A stretch of DNA of 64,000 nt from Eremomyces bilateralis CBS 781.70 (lineage: Eukaryota): NCBI GenBank assembly GCA_010015585.1, contig ML975167.1, one strand, 5' to 3'. Position numbers and translations under genes: made by a program. Positions 50,993 to 63,421 of this stretch are shown here, one piece after another. Position 1 is the first letter of the stretch. Each line of letters opens with the position of its first letter. The notes under the pieces were generated by a model that did no database searches, was not told the DNA's origin, and saw only the letters and a list, made by a program, of their open reading frames with translations.

Positions 50993-53371
50993 TCAGTAGA
51001 GTCGCCGACCCGAACTCACCCCAAACGATCCATCCGCTGGCATCCGGCGAGCGAAGTGAAACTCGCCCCCCGCTCTCGCGGAGGTGCTGTAGCGTCGTGA
51101 ATTGGACGCCGACGAGATCGAGGACATGCGTCCGGCCGACTTGAACGGCGTCATCGTCGCCTGCGGCATCGTCGAAGGAAGCGGGGCAGCCCGAGTAAAT
51201 GGAAGGGTGTTGCCACGAGTGACCACTGTGGAAGTTAGTATCTCTGATACAATGGCCATGATAAGCTATACCTGATCGTGAAGGGATTTGACGTGTTTCT
51301 TGAATGTTGAGGCTGCCCAGGTAAGATCGTGGTGTGCTTTGGAAGGAGAAGTGGTCGGGGACTTGATCGACGTGGTTGTCTAGTACGGGTTCTGAGATGA
51401 AGGATAAGGCATTCGCGGATGAGACGAGCTGGCTGGGTATATGTGGAGGCAGTTGCATGGAGCTTGGCCGACTTGGTCTCACAAGTGGTGGCTGAAATCT
51501 TGGAGCTGGCCTGGGTTGGTTGAAGAATTCCCTGCTTTGAGGGTATCTCGGTGTCCCAGATATTGATACTAAACCGTGAGGACGCAGTCGTGATGGTGTC
51601 TGTGGAACTTTACTATAGCGTTGTATCTGGCTCGATTGCAACCGTGGGGTCACGATGCCGGAGTTTGCAAGCGGTCTTGAATCTTGATAGTGATGATTGA
51701 AACTCCTGACACCCCTGATACCCCAGTTAGAAGTTGCCAGTGAGACAGAGCTATAACGTCATACCTAGATGAAACGGAGATACGAGTGCTTGGAGACAGC
51801 ACATCTCGTAGCCCGTCACTTACCGATTCTCGAACATGTCGACCGCTGGAATAGCCCGAGTCTGCAGGCGATGGGCGACTGGAATGACGACTATGAGGTA
51901 GGTGTAGCGTAGCGCTCCCGGAAAATGCCCCCGGGGAAACAATAGCTTGTTCTTTCGTGGCATAAGCGAATGAACTGAGGCGACTGTTTGGCCTGCTAGA
52001 CTGTGATAGATGCTCGGCTAGGGTCATCGTGCCCGGTCGAGGACGAGCTGTTTGAGGCGGGTAGGTTTCCCCGAGAGCGTTTTCCTCGTGGCCCTGGTAC
52101 CCGGATTTCGGATGTGATGCTCTGATCTCGTTGGGTGGTTGATGTTGAGGCGGAACAGGAGGTGGAGGCATCATATCTCGACTGAATGTTCTCGAGTTTC
52201 TTGATAGAGGGTGCCTCATGGTCTCATCGAGTTCCTCATCCTCTAGTCGTCTCTTCTTATGAGATTGGTGTGTAATAGGATGAGCAAATCGACTGACAGG
52301 TCGCTTGAGTAGATGAACTGGATTGGTCGCTGGTAATGTTGCACTGGAGCTCGTTGCTGGATCCGTGAGCGTAGACATTCCAGTTTCTTCGGCAGATCCT
52401 TGCTTTATGGCGGTCGATAAGTTCTCCTCTTGCCTATATTTTGTATGCGGGAATTGGCCTCGAAGACAATTTTCATTGCTGTTGCTGGTCAATTCTGCTG
52501 GCATCACGCCAAGGCGGAGAAGCTGGGCCTTCAACATTCCATTTTGTCTACAATTGATACATTAGCTCAGAATCCAAACCTTCAGAGGACCAAACTTACT
52601 CGACGATGTCTGGGAACTGCGTGAGGTAGTTCTTAATCGTCGTTTCTTTCTCCTTCCAAGATCGGATCTCCTTCTCGCGTTGGTCCAGGTAGGCCATTCT
52701 GGACTTCAACTTTCCGTGTTCCGTTCTAAGTTTTAAGTGGGCGATTTCAAGAGCCGCATAATTACTCTTCGCAGAGACTAAGCTCGACTGCAGGTCCTTG
52801 AGACTCGTAAGAGCGGATGATCCGAACCGAATGAGTGCTCCATAGTGGAACTAACTACGGTCAACGACTGTTACTATCGCACCATTTGTCGGAAGACTTA
52901 CATTCAATGCGTGCATCTCAGTATCGTCATTAGGGAGTTTGACAGGAGGTAACTGGAAGAAGACTTTCGGGATCCGCTTGTCGTACTGGCCGTCTCGTGC
53001 CCCTTTCACCCCGAACAACTTCTTTCCCGTACTGTCGTTGCGATGGGCTGAGCAGAAAGGGCAAGGAGCGACAGGAGCTTCACCATCACGATGAAAAGGC
53101 GCACCTGGATCGTCAGCAGTTGTGACGGATTGCAGACAGGATATGGCCCGAGACAAGACACACCTCCGCCCTCAAGATGCTCGCTACATGTGATATGCGC
53201 GCATTCCGTAAACCATAACTTCGTTGCAATATCGTAGGCTGGATTCACCGATCCATCCCGTTGCGCATCAATCGCCTCGTACACTTCCGTGAGGGTTTTG
53301 TTGCAGATTGAGCAACTGAAGATCAATTCCAGCGGGTGCGCTGTCGTCGGGCTTTGATCTTCCCCTTCCAT
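50993..53371 (-). CDS. RING finger + coiled-coil + disordered-tail protein, Zip3/Cst9/RNF212-like
   Basis: Six exons, introns 53105-53163, 52851-52901, 52548-52599, 51715-51764, 51226-51271, all in frame. CSIC...TECAHITCSEH...CPFC, then a heptad-rich helix, then an S/P/R-rich tail. Confidence 0.7.
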
Positions 53372-53874
53372 ATCCGCGTATAGGCCCTGAAGGAGTGACA
53401 GTGCCACCGCAATTCAAACCTGAATCTTAAAATCTTAAAATATGCCTTGGATGAGAAGTTGAAAGTGTTCATGATCGCCTGTGTGGTTGCATCACGTGTT
53501 GTATAAGTTGAGAAGGAACGACACTGGAGGATACTGCAGTTTGCTGCGAGCATACCTACCGTACCTTAACTGTGTGGTCGAAATGATAGAATTCAGAAAT
53601 ACATCAGTTGAACGATAATTTGAGGACTGGGACTAGGATGGCTGGAAGAACTACGAGGGACAATTGACACAATCAAAGGGGGACCCGAAACATCGTACAG
53701 ATGGAATGTTAATCTTCCGTACGTTACCATAACCACGAGATCACCTCAGTATTTACTGACTTCAAATGGAAAGGGATAGTTGAGGTGGCGGTAATCTCTT
53801 TGCAAGAAGCAGATATATACAGAAGTCGCTTCTTCCCGAACGAAGCCACCCGTACGCCGATCTAGACTGAATGG

Positions 53875-54590
53875 CTATGCAAACGATCTGCAAGGATAGC
53901 TGCTGAAAGTCCAATGTTAGCGATGTTCCTGGAACCACCCCATTCGACTTTAGAGATTGCCACTATATCAACTCACCTAGTGTCATATCCTTGCTCTGCC
54001 TCCGCCAACAACCGGTAATCCTTTGCTCCCACATTCCCCGTTGTTGGATGCATGTTCGTTGGCATTGGCGGCAGTCCACCGGCTTCCAACACGTCCGCTA
54101 CCGCTTTATCCTTCCCTTGGAAGAACGCCGCCAACCCCTTTTCCCCCGCCTTCAGTTCCACCAGCTGCTTCTGCCCCGCATCACCGATGAGGAGGACATC
54201 CTCTTTGGGCGCCGCCTTGCTGCCAACCGTCAACAGCCCCACGACATCGGCGGGCTTCACAACACTGAGTCGCGCATATCCTCGGCGAACGTCTCGCTTC
54301 CAGTATGGATTGTCCGCCAGGTCCGCAGCAGGAACGGTAACCGGGTCGTCGTATGTATTCGGATCGTTGGCTCCCGGGGGCGGGTTGCGGAATTGAGGGT
54401 TCAGCGGAACACCGGTCGATCGGTCGGGGTCAATGGCGAGCCATTTGTTGATCCAGGCACCAATACCACGAGGTTGGACGGTGTATTTCTACGCATCGGG
54501 ATGACGAAGATCAGCTTGATATCACGTTCGGGGGAAGGTGAGACGGGTGCATACGTAAAAAGTGGATGTCACTTTGCCTGAAGGCGGCAT
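53875..54590 (-). CDS. NADH:ubiquinone oxidoreductase 21.3 kDa accessory subunit (fungal nuo21.3a/NUZM type)
   Basis: Exon 1 MPPSGKVTSTFY; then KYTVQP...LAIDPDRSTGVPLNPQFRNPPPG...ADLADNPYWKRDVRRGY; last exon YPCRSFA*. Two introns. Confidence 0.9.
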
Positions 54591-55260
54591 CGTGAATACC
54601 AGATCAGCTGTTTGACGGTGAAACTGACCGGACTCGTGCAATTCAGATGCAATTGACCTTCAAGGTTGGTACGGATCGATGGATTCGACGATACAGGTGT
54701 GAGTATGGGAGAGGATCGGATGGACGCACGTGACCATGACATCCCCGTGGGCGACTTGGCAACAAAACCGTTTTCAGCCTGAGGCAACTTTTGATTGTTT
54801 AAGCAACAATTCCTAAGCAACAATTCCCCACCAAATCATCAATCACGTGCAGCTGGCATGTCTCTCCTTCCTCCATCCATCGAGTTCCATGGCGATGATG
54901 CGACGCTCAGCGACAGCTGCTCTCCGCTGCTGCTTTGATTACGATTCCCTCATCTCGACATGCGACACTTCTAATTTCCCTGTTCACTCCTCCTCGTCCT
55001 CCTTGGATTTTCCTTCTATTGTCTTCTTTATTTACTTCTTCTACACTTGGGTGTCTTGCTATATTCATTTCCCTTTTCTTTATCCTTCGCTTTCACTGTG
55101 AACGTCGCTGACCAGTCATACCGTCGTTTACCACCCGCTCATCCTCGTCCATTCGTCATCAATACTTAGGCTTCCGAGTCTCACCGTCCAGCACCCGGTG
55201 GCATACATACGCTCTACAACACCTTACATCGCGGACAACGGCCACTGCCCGCTGCCCAAT

Positions 55261-58209
55261 ATGGCTATCAATCCTAAACTGCAAGAGCTGGACTTGCCAG
55301 GCCTCCAAACCGCTGCTGGTATACCTGAAGAAGACGATACCTTGGAACAATCAGTGGAGTCGCCCACGACGCTCAACCCTCCAGCTCGTCTTGCCTCACG
55401 CTTCTATCACTCGTCATCCGCTCGCCGAAAGTCCTCAGCCGCTTCTTCTCGCAGGAACTCCATATCGTCCACCCACTCCCATCAATCGAACCGTTCGTAC
55501 CGAGGCACCAACTGTCAAAGCAATCATGTCGCTCAACATCTCCGTCGCGCTTCTATCATAGAGAGCCGCAAAGCTCGTCTTGCGGATCGAGCTGCACATG
55601 CCGAACAAGTCCGGCTACGTGCCGCATTGGCCAAGGCTGCGACTCGCGCTTCAAACAGCGAAGAACGAGCCCTCGCCGCCCAGCACGCGCGTGAGAAGCA
55701 CCTCGCACAGGTCGCCGCTGCATGCGCCGAGGAGGTCAAACGCGCAAAGAAGGTAGCGGAGGAGATGAAAGAGCGAAAAGCAGCGGAAGAGCAGAGATAT
55801 CGGTTGGAGATGGAGGAGAAGCATGCAGAGGCGGAAAGAAGGCGTGCGGAGTATAAGAAAAATATGAGGAGACCTCGTACCGCCAGTGTACCTGCCACTG
55901 ATGCAAAGAAGGAGCTTGCATCTGGTACTCAGTCACCCAAGAGACTGAGTGACCTGACGGCCGCGGCCACGATTCAGGAAGCCTGGAGAAGGAACCGCCG
56001 GAGAAGAGCGCTGGAAGCTTTCGTCGGGCTCGGCCTTACGGTTGAAAAATCGCAAGAAGCGAGCTTCGATGACATATCGACAGTCCTTGCAGACGACAAA
56101 GTGGTGAATAACACTATCCGCGTCCTGGAGATCTTCAACTTGGATGCAGCGGATGACAAGACAACGGTCCCGACGCGGACATTCCTAAGCGCCTATCTAA
56201 TACTCGGTCACCCGGCATCAGTTCTAAGCAGAGATGGTGCCCAAGAACAAGACCTTATCAACAAAGCAAAAGACCTTATGATCTGCTTTGAAGCGGCGGT
56301 TTTGAAAGCGATGGAATCGAGCCGCTACATGCCGACTCCGACCCAATTGGAACATTTGTCGTTCGCCTTCACGGCTTACCGGCAATCTTTTGGCGATTGG
56401 AAGGCTCGCGACTCCTCTGCACTCATCGAAGCGATGGTCGCTTCCTTTGTTAACCTCGACGCCATATGGCAATCCGTGAAAGACTACACGGATGGCGAAG
56501 TGGCTGCCGATTACCGCGAAGGTATTCGAGAAAATCAAGTCATTCTTCTAAGCAAAATCCGAAAACTGGCTGGCCCTGATAAAACTCATAATCTCATCAA
56601 GCGAGCGATCAGAGAAAGCCGAAGAGCTCGGCCACGACCGAAACCCCTTGGCGACACTCGCCCTAGGGTTGATGTGGACACCGAGGCGGAGAGTTCCAGG
56701 GAACAAGCTACGCCGTCGCATTCACCGGAAGCGACTCATTTGATATCGGCGAGCGGCGCGGAAACTCATGATGAACTCCAGCCGTCAAATTCATTCGGGA
56801 ACTTGTTCTCGCTTCTTCCAACCAACCGTAAACTTGTCCACGAACTTGCCATCAACAAAGAATATCGGATTGAACCCTCACCTCAATCCGATTTCCGTCA
56901 CGTTTTCAGCCGACAACTATGCGATGATATGAAACGCGGTTTCGAGCAAGGTGAAGGTAACCTATGGACGGTCTCGATGGCCGAAAACATTCGAGGCAAA
57001 CTATTGCGACTCCTCCGAGAGGGCAACTCGATGTATAACCTGATCTCCGAGGCGCTCGATCCTTCCTGGGTTGAAAGCCAATGCAACGCGGGAAATTTCT
57101 CCTATGAGAAGTTCTTCAAGTTCATGGCGGACATCCTCCCTCGACTCTGTGCGCCGTTCCGAGACGGGGAAGTCAAGGAGTTGGTGAACGAGCTGCTGGC
57201 GCCTGGTGATTTAGGTGAAATGATCGAGAAGGTTTTCAAACTCCTCCGGACAATTGATCTCCTCTCGCTGGATCATGCGAACTTCATGCTGACAACTGCT
57301 GTCCCTTCGCTCATTGCGGAATCGGCAGGCTATGAACAACGCATGTTCCGACAAGATCTAGAATCCGGAAAGGTTACTCTCGCACAGACTAAACGTTGGT
57401 GGCACAACGCCAGCGTTAACCTGTTTACGGAATTTGACCGCCGCGATCCGGATGCAGTCGGCGGGCCAAATAACCGGCCGACCATGCAACGTATCTATGC
57501 GCGAGGTCTTGTCGATCTCTCCGTCGCCGTCCCCTCCCTCCGTGGCGACGAACTCCCCGAAACCCTTTCCTTTGACCAGGACCGCATTGTGCGCATCCGC
57601 GCGGACACTGTGCGTATTACTACCATCGGCGCGATGTTGCTCACCGCCAAAAACCTGCTCAAGCGCGACGTGCGCAGCCAATGGCGGCCCGAAGCCAACC
57701 GGATCTGGGATCTGCTGAAAAACTCGGGCCACACCTCGATGACGGTTTCATCTTCTCTCCCATCCCCCCCTCCCTCGCCATCTTCATCCGCCGCGCCATC
57801 GGCACTGGCGAACTCCATCCTGCAAATCCTCACCTCCGCTCATCCCATGCCCACGTCTTCTCAATCCACCCTCCTCGCGACGGTCACCCGTCACCTCACC
57901 CAAGCCGCTTCGGGCCGGCTTACTGACCCGGTGTTGAAAGTCCTCTTCTCGCGCCTCCGGGCCCACATATTCGCGCGCGTCGCCGCGAGCAGCTCGGGCG
58001 AGCGTGTACGGAGAGCCGCGACGGCTGGAGAGGGGCTCAGCAGCAGCGGTCTGGGCGAGTTTGTGGAGCGGGTGGAAGGACTGGTCGAGGAGCTTGGGCG
58101 GGTGACGAAGGTGGACTGGGCAGGGCATGCGGAGTGGTACGAGCAGCTAGTCCGGGAGGTGGAGGAGGGTGCAGAACGGGAGGCGAAGGGCGAGAGTCCG
58201 CTCAGTTAA
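55261..58209 (+). CDS. T-complex protein 11 (Tcp11/Sok1) family protein with IQ motif
   Basis: Intronless, about 982 aa. N-terminal coiled coil, IQ-like AATIQEAWRR, RTFLSAYLILGHP, LVHELAIN, RLCAPFRD, LSLDHANF, LPETLSFDQDRI. Confidence 0.9.
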   Translation: MAINPKLQELDLPGLQTAAGIPEEDDTLEQSVESPTTLNPPARLASRFYHSSSARRKSSAASSRRNSISSTHSHQSNRSYRGTNCQSNHVAQHLRRASIIESRKARLADRAAHAEQVRLRAALAKAATRASNSEERALAAQHAREKHLAQVAAACAEEVKRAKKVAEEMKERKAAEEQRYRLEMEEKHAEAERRRAEYKKNMRRPRTASVPATDAKKELASGTQSPKRLSDLTAAATIQEAWRRNRRRRALEAFVGLGLTVEKSQEASFDDISTVLADDKVVNNTIRVLEIFNLDAADDKTTVPTRTFLSAYLILGHPASVLSRDGAQEQDLINKAKDLMICFEAAVLKAMESSRYMPTPTQLEHLSFAFTAYRQSFGDWKARDSSALIEAMVASFVNLDAIWQSVKDYTDGEVAADYREGIRENQVILLSKIRKLAGPDKTHNLIKRAIRESRRARPRPKPLGDTRPRVDVDTEAESSREQATPSHSPEATHLISASGAETHDELQPSNSFGNLFSLLPTNRKLVHELAINKEYRIEPSPQSDFRHVFSRQLCDDMKRGFEQGEGNLWTVSMAENIRGKLLRLLREGNSMYNLISEALDPSWVESQCNAGNFSYEKFFKFMADILPRLCAPFRDGEVKELVNELLAPGDLGEMIEKVFKLLRTIDLLSLDHANFMLTTAVPSLIAESAGYEQRMFRQDLESGKVTLAQTKRWWHNASVNLFTEFDRRDPDAVGGPNNRPTMQRIYARGLVDLSVAVPSLRGDELPETLSFDQDRIVRIRADTVRITTIGAMLLTAKNLLKRDVRSQWRPEANRIWDLLKNSGHTSMTVSSSLPSPPPSPSSSAAPSALANSILQILTSAHPMPTSSQSTLLATVTRHLTQAASGRLTDPVLKVLFSRLRAHIFARVAASSSGERVRRAATAGEGLSSSGLGEFVERVEGLVEELGRVTKVDWAGHAEWYEQLVREVEEGAEREAKGESPLS

Positions 58210-60618
58210 GGAATGGAAGTGTAACGAACATGCATGGCGTTGAGGTATTTGGGTGGACGATCATGGGGGATGATGGGCGCTCTCTTAGAGGAGGCACGAC
58301 GATGCTTCCACGCATTCTTTGCATACCCCCTCGGCGTTCTTGGATATCATGCTACGTGGATGGCTGTTCATATACGCGGATATATATGGGGTTGACGACC
58401 TGTACGTCGCCGTCGCTTGGTCCGGCAGTCAATACAGACTTGCAATCATTTCCACGATACACTGGGCCTGAGCGTCTGTCGGAGCGTCTGTGCATTGTTC
58501 GTCGGATTTCCCCGCATTCCCCAGATTTCGTGCGGGTCGGGAGCTGGAGATTGTGCTCGTCATGTTGTACAAACGTCGTTGGAGTCTCTCCAGCTGGGAC
58601 AAGACGGTGGACGATTCTAGCCATCCCTTGTCTGAGAGTACCTGGTACCTTGCTTGAACATGATGCCATACCAATCCTTCGTGTCTGCGGTATTTAGTAC
58701 TCGGGCAGGTTGCTAACCTGTCAAGTCCACGATGCCTCGTGACCATCTATCGAATGAGATCCACTAGGACGTTACAAACGAATGACGCATATGCTGATCA
58801 ATACTGTACCTTGTTGACTTTCCCGCGTGTCAAGTTCGGGGATGAGGTGAATAAGTACTTAACAACTTATCTTTATCTCTCCTGGATATATTCCTTGGGA
58901 TAGTTGATCGGTTCTATTGCTGTAGATTCTATAGCACTAATGGCCTTGTGTTCCTCTATTAATCTGAAAGTGCAATAGATGAACCTCATCCATGTTCTTT
59001 CCAAATCTCCTCAACCCCAAGCCTCGATAGTCGATGTCACGTTGTGGTTTCCTAGACTGGTACATTTCCCCGGGTATGATCCGTTGGGTGCATCCAGGGT
59101 TATCATTTCGCGCCAACCAGAATGCTGCCCACCAATGCCAATTAGGCACAGTACCTAGCTAGTTAGAAAGACGTCAAGACTCAAGACACTGGCGCTGAAG
59201 CTTAACTTGGCCTCTCTTGCAATCTTGCTATCGTAGGCATCTCTTCAGTTTAGGTGTCTTAGAAAATCTTAAGAGCAACGGGAAATTCCCTACGGACGGG
59301 TTTCTGGCTTGGGAATCGTTGCCCGTCCTCCGATACCGCGGCAGAAACTGATAAGAAAGCGGCGATTTCCAATGGGTTGACTGACACGATCCGCATCGCG
59401 CCTATCTTCATCTCCCTCCCTTTGTAGAGCAATATCACAACCAAAGTCATGGCAGTCCTCCGTGTGGTCCCAGGGCATTCTCGGTCCCGCTTCCTTACCG
59501 TTGAGGCTTTGGAGAATCCTGTGGAGTAATTAGGGAGGCAAATGATACTGTGGGTAGAGATAGAACAGATTATGGAGTCTGCTTGAAACCGGGGGCTCTG
59601 TTAGTTACGGTATTTAATCGCAAGATGTTAGTGATGCATCTTGTGTAGGTAGTAGGCAATGCTTGTGGTCACTCGTGGCCGCATTATTCGGACCTTCGGA
59701 TGTCTTTCAGACCCACGGTATGCCTCAACATAGCAATTGTTGGTTCGCCGTCCCAGCCAAACCGTTGCCGTACTTCAAGCTCTAACGGTCACTACTCAAG
59801 GTCGATCGCCAAGCCGTTCCTGTCACATACTAGGGTTCCATTTCGCTGAGGCAGATAGAATTGGCAATGATTTTCTTCATGGCTCCTCGCGGTTCGGAAC
59901 TAGCTGGCTTTCATCCATTGTCTTGGAATCGTGGTGGTCGAATGTGCACCGAAATCGGGTTCATCGACGTCATAACTTCGTTCCCAGATATCTGGATAGT
60001 CTCAATGATTCCCTGTCCTGAAGGTGGTGAGTTTCAAGATTTGGTGGTTCCGAAGCTCCCTATCGGTCGGATGAGGCGACGTTGATTGAGACTTGCCACC
60101 CGGTTTCGGTGCCTCCATATTCGGGGAAGGTTCGGATGGTATTGTTGAACAATTCCCCTCTTGACCAGCTTCTTCGGTTCCTTGGGACAAGCGGAACCGT
60201 ATTTTGTTAAGCAGCCACGCACTATCCATTCCGACTCAGCCAACCATGCGATTTGCATCGCTTATCTATTCGTGCCATGGTTAATCGGTCCCTGGTTGCG
60301 AATGCGTGCTAGGGGCAGTCAGATGATGCCGGCATTCTGGACAACGGATACGGCTGGTTGATAACTACCATATCGCAGTAGAATTATGATCGCCTCAATA
60401 CTAGTATATAGAATCGATGCTTCCCTTGCTCTTTTGCTCACTGCGCGCTACACCGTACGTGTATTGTACGCCTATCCTCTTCCTTGACAGATTCAAGGCG
60501 GCCTCGCCTCGTGGGTTTGAACCCACCACCTGAAGCTGCATCAACTATTATCAGTGCGGAAATCCGGAATTTTGTTCAAGCACCCATAGGAATTCAGAAA
60601 TCGAGCGTCTGAATCCCA

Positions 60619-62242
60619 ATGGCCGACGTCGCTACCTACATCGATGAGGAGAAAGACCTGGCGATGACCCCGCGCACTTTGTCCCCGGAAAATAACGACG
60701 GTGAGGTGGTCATCCCCGGGCAGAAATTGCCCGGGTTTTGGTGGCAGCGTTGGGGACAAGGATTGAATCTGAAGGATCAATTCGCTCATGAAGAGCATCA
60801 AGCGGTGAAGTACAAAGTCCTGGAATGGTGGTAAGTGAACAATGGGAAATTAGTATTTGGCAAAAGCTGACTCGAAGATTAGGCAGGTCGGAGCGTGTAT
60901 GGCCTCTTCTCCGCTACAAGCATGAAATCGAAGGAAACTGACTGATATTCAGTGATGATCGCGGAAACGATTTCGTTAGGCATTCTATCGCTGCCACAAG
61001 CCGTAGCCGCTCTTGGCATGATTCCGTAAGTGCTTCGCCATGCGGCCGTATTCCGATTGCTAACCTGTTCAGAGGCCTGGTCTTCATCTTCGTTATGGGA
61101 GGACTGGCCTGGATCACAGGCAATGAATACGGCAAACTGAAACTCAAGTACCCAGGCATCTGCGACGTGGCTGACTCTGGATACATGCTATTTGGGCGAT
61201 TCGGATGGTACCTTTTCTCGATCGCTCAACTGGTGGTCTTCGTGTTCATCATGGCGGCACATATCACATCCTTCTCGATCATGATGAATGTTGTCACAGA
61301 GCACGGAGCTTGCTCGATTCTGTTTGCTCTGACGGGCTTCGGGGTCTCTTTTATCCTGGCTCTTCCACGGACGCTGAAGTCGCAATCGATCTTCTCCTTC
61401 GTGTCATGCGTATCCGTCACCGCCGCTGTGATTATCACCATGATCAGCGTCGGGGTGACCAAACCAAATCCGAACAATTTCCAGTGGGCCAACACGGCCA
61501 GCGACTTTCCGCATGCCATGGTTGCACTGCTGAACATCATCATGGCATATTCAGGACATGTTGCCTACTTTGGCTTTACCTCCGAATTGAGGGAGCCAAA
61601 GGATTTTTGGAAGTCCTTGACTATGTTACTGGGCAGTTCGTCGGTATTATATATCGTGACTGGCTGCGTAATATATTATTATGTCGGAACGGGAGTGCCA
61701 TCCCCAGCTCTGGGGGCTGCGTCTCCGCTTGTCCGCAAGATTGCATATGGAATCGCCGTCCCGACCATTGTCGTTGCCGGCGTTATCAATGGGCATGTTG
61801 CATCGAAGCACGTTTACCTTCGAGTTTGGCGCGAAACCAGCGTCCCGCATGAGAGGACTTTCAAGTCATGGTCGAGCTGGGTCGGGATCGTCTTTGCTCT
61901 TTGGGTGCTGGCATGGATCATTGCAGAAGCAATCCCGAACTTCCATCACCTCCTAGCGCTCGTGAGCGCATTGTTCTGCGGATGGTTCAGTTTCGGTATC
62001 ACCGGGTTCTTCTACCTGTACCGTAACTGGGAAGACATCAGGCAAGGCAAAAGGAAGCTGGGGGTGGTGTTCAACATCGGAATCGTCATTATGGGTTTCT
62101 TGATCGTGAGTCCATCAATCTTTGGGTCTGGCCCGCGCTAACAGTTGCCCAGTGCATTCTCGGTCTTTATGCATCCATAACAACTCTGAGCCAAGGCGAG
62201 GGTGGATCGCCTTTCTCCTGTGCGGACAACGCTGATGAATAG
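60619..62242 (+). CDS. Amino-acid permease, AAAP family (Neurospora Mtr-like neutral amino-acid transporter)
   Basis: KYKVLEWW|QVGA|LMIAETISLGILSLP, IIMAYSGHVAYF, SELREPKDF, SPALG, WIIAEAIP, PFSCADN; about 11 hydrophobic segments. Five exons including a 14-nt micro-exon at 60883-60896. Confidence 0.93.
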
Positions 62243-63421
62243 GGGGCCTAAGAGGGGTCCTCGTCGCCACGAGAGGCGTGGGAGCTGACTGCTCGATTCC
62301 GATTTGCTTTGATGCAGCGTTTAGCGATGATACCCTATGTGTCGATTAGGAATGGCTCGTCCTGTGATCCGGGTGGTCACACGGGAGAAGCTCATGTACA
62401 TCCGGCGAAGTAGATCTTCAATTTAGCCGATATGAAAGGGAAAATAGACAATCGTCGAGAGTATGTCAACGTCCGTGATCAGGTTCCTGCCCAACGATAT
62501 CATTTCCTGGCTCTTATCACAAACTCGTGTCTTCTCAATGGTCCTTGACGACCGCAGAAGATGGCCGTGGGTAGGGAATGACAATCTGTTCGAGACTTAA
62601 GGATACATAATTACACGGGTCATGTCTCTAAAGGGATGGTAAGAATTCCCAAGATATTGAAGCCGAGGTCTGGTACCTGGAGCAATGCAAGGTTCGAGTA
62701 AAAGGTAGATACGGAAGATCTTGCTGCAGGGGAGATAGATCATTGGTGGGTTAAATATTGCGCGGTACAGGCCGGCGGCGGACGAGCCAACAGCGGGGCC
62801 ATCTCTCCGAATTCTGTGAGAATCCAAGCATTGTCGTCTTTGTTCATCATGTCAAAGCGAAGCAGAGTCCTTTGGCCTCGTCATGATTGGAGCAAGCGGG
62901 TTTCAGTAGCCCTTTCATGCTCCAGGCGCGAAATCCTGAAGTTCTGCCGCCCAAAATGGCTCCCAGGCCCCCTTGGAAATGGCCGGCTGTATCATTGCCC
63001 ATCCCACTGTTAGGGTAACATTGTCTGCAATCATTGCCTTTGAATGAGACAGGATGCGGATCAATTCTGCCATTTACACCCCTTGCTCTGCTTATTTGCT
63101 TTGCCATTGCTATCAATCACGCCGTTGAGCCCTTGGAAGCGGTGATTGGTGCCTTGCACACTCCATACCCGGGCCATCTCATCCCTCCTGCGGTACCTTT
63201 GCTCTGCGACAACTCTTCGAACACTACGATTTTGGCAAATTTCTCGACGGGAACTATAGACCTACCAGAAGAAAGCTTCGAATTGGTACCGAAGAGAAGG
63301 ACCGACGCTGCGTTGGCGATGCACCAACCCAGACCAGACTCGTACTTCATCAAGACCGTCTTATCACCTCCCTCGACCTATAGGCCTGTATAGTGCCGCC
63401 AAATCCGAAGTATTCGAAACC

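Noticed and set aside
60511..60526. Hairpin GTGGGTTCAAACCCAC (- strand) resembling a tRNA T-arm
   Set aside because: The loop is 6 nt rather than 7, and no acceptor stem, D-arm or anticodon arm can be built.
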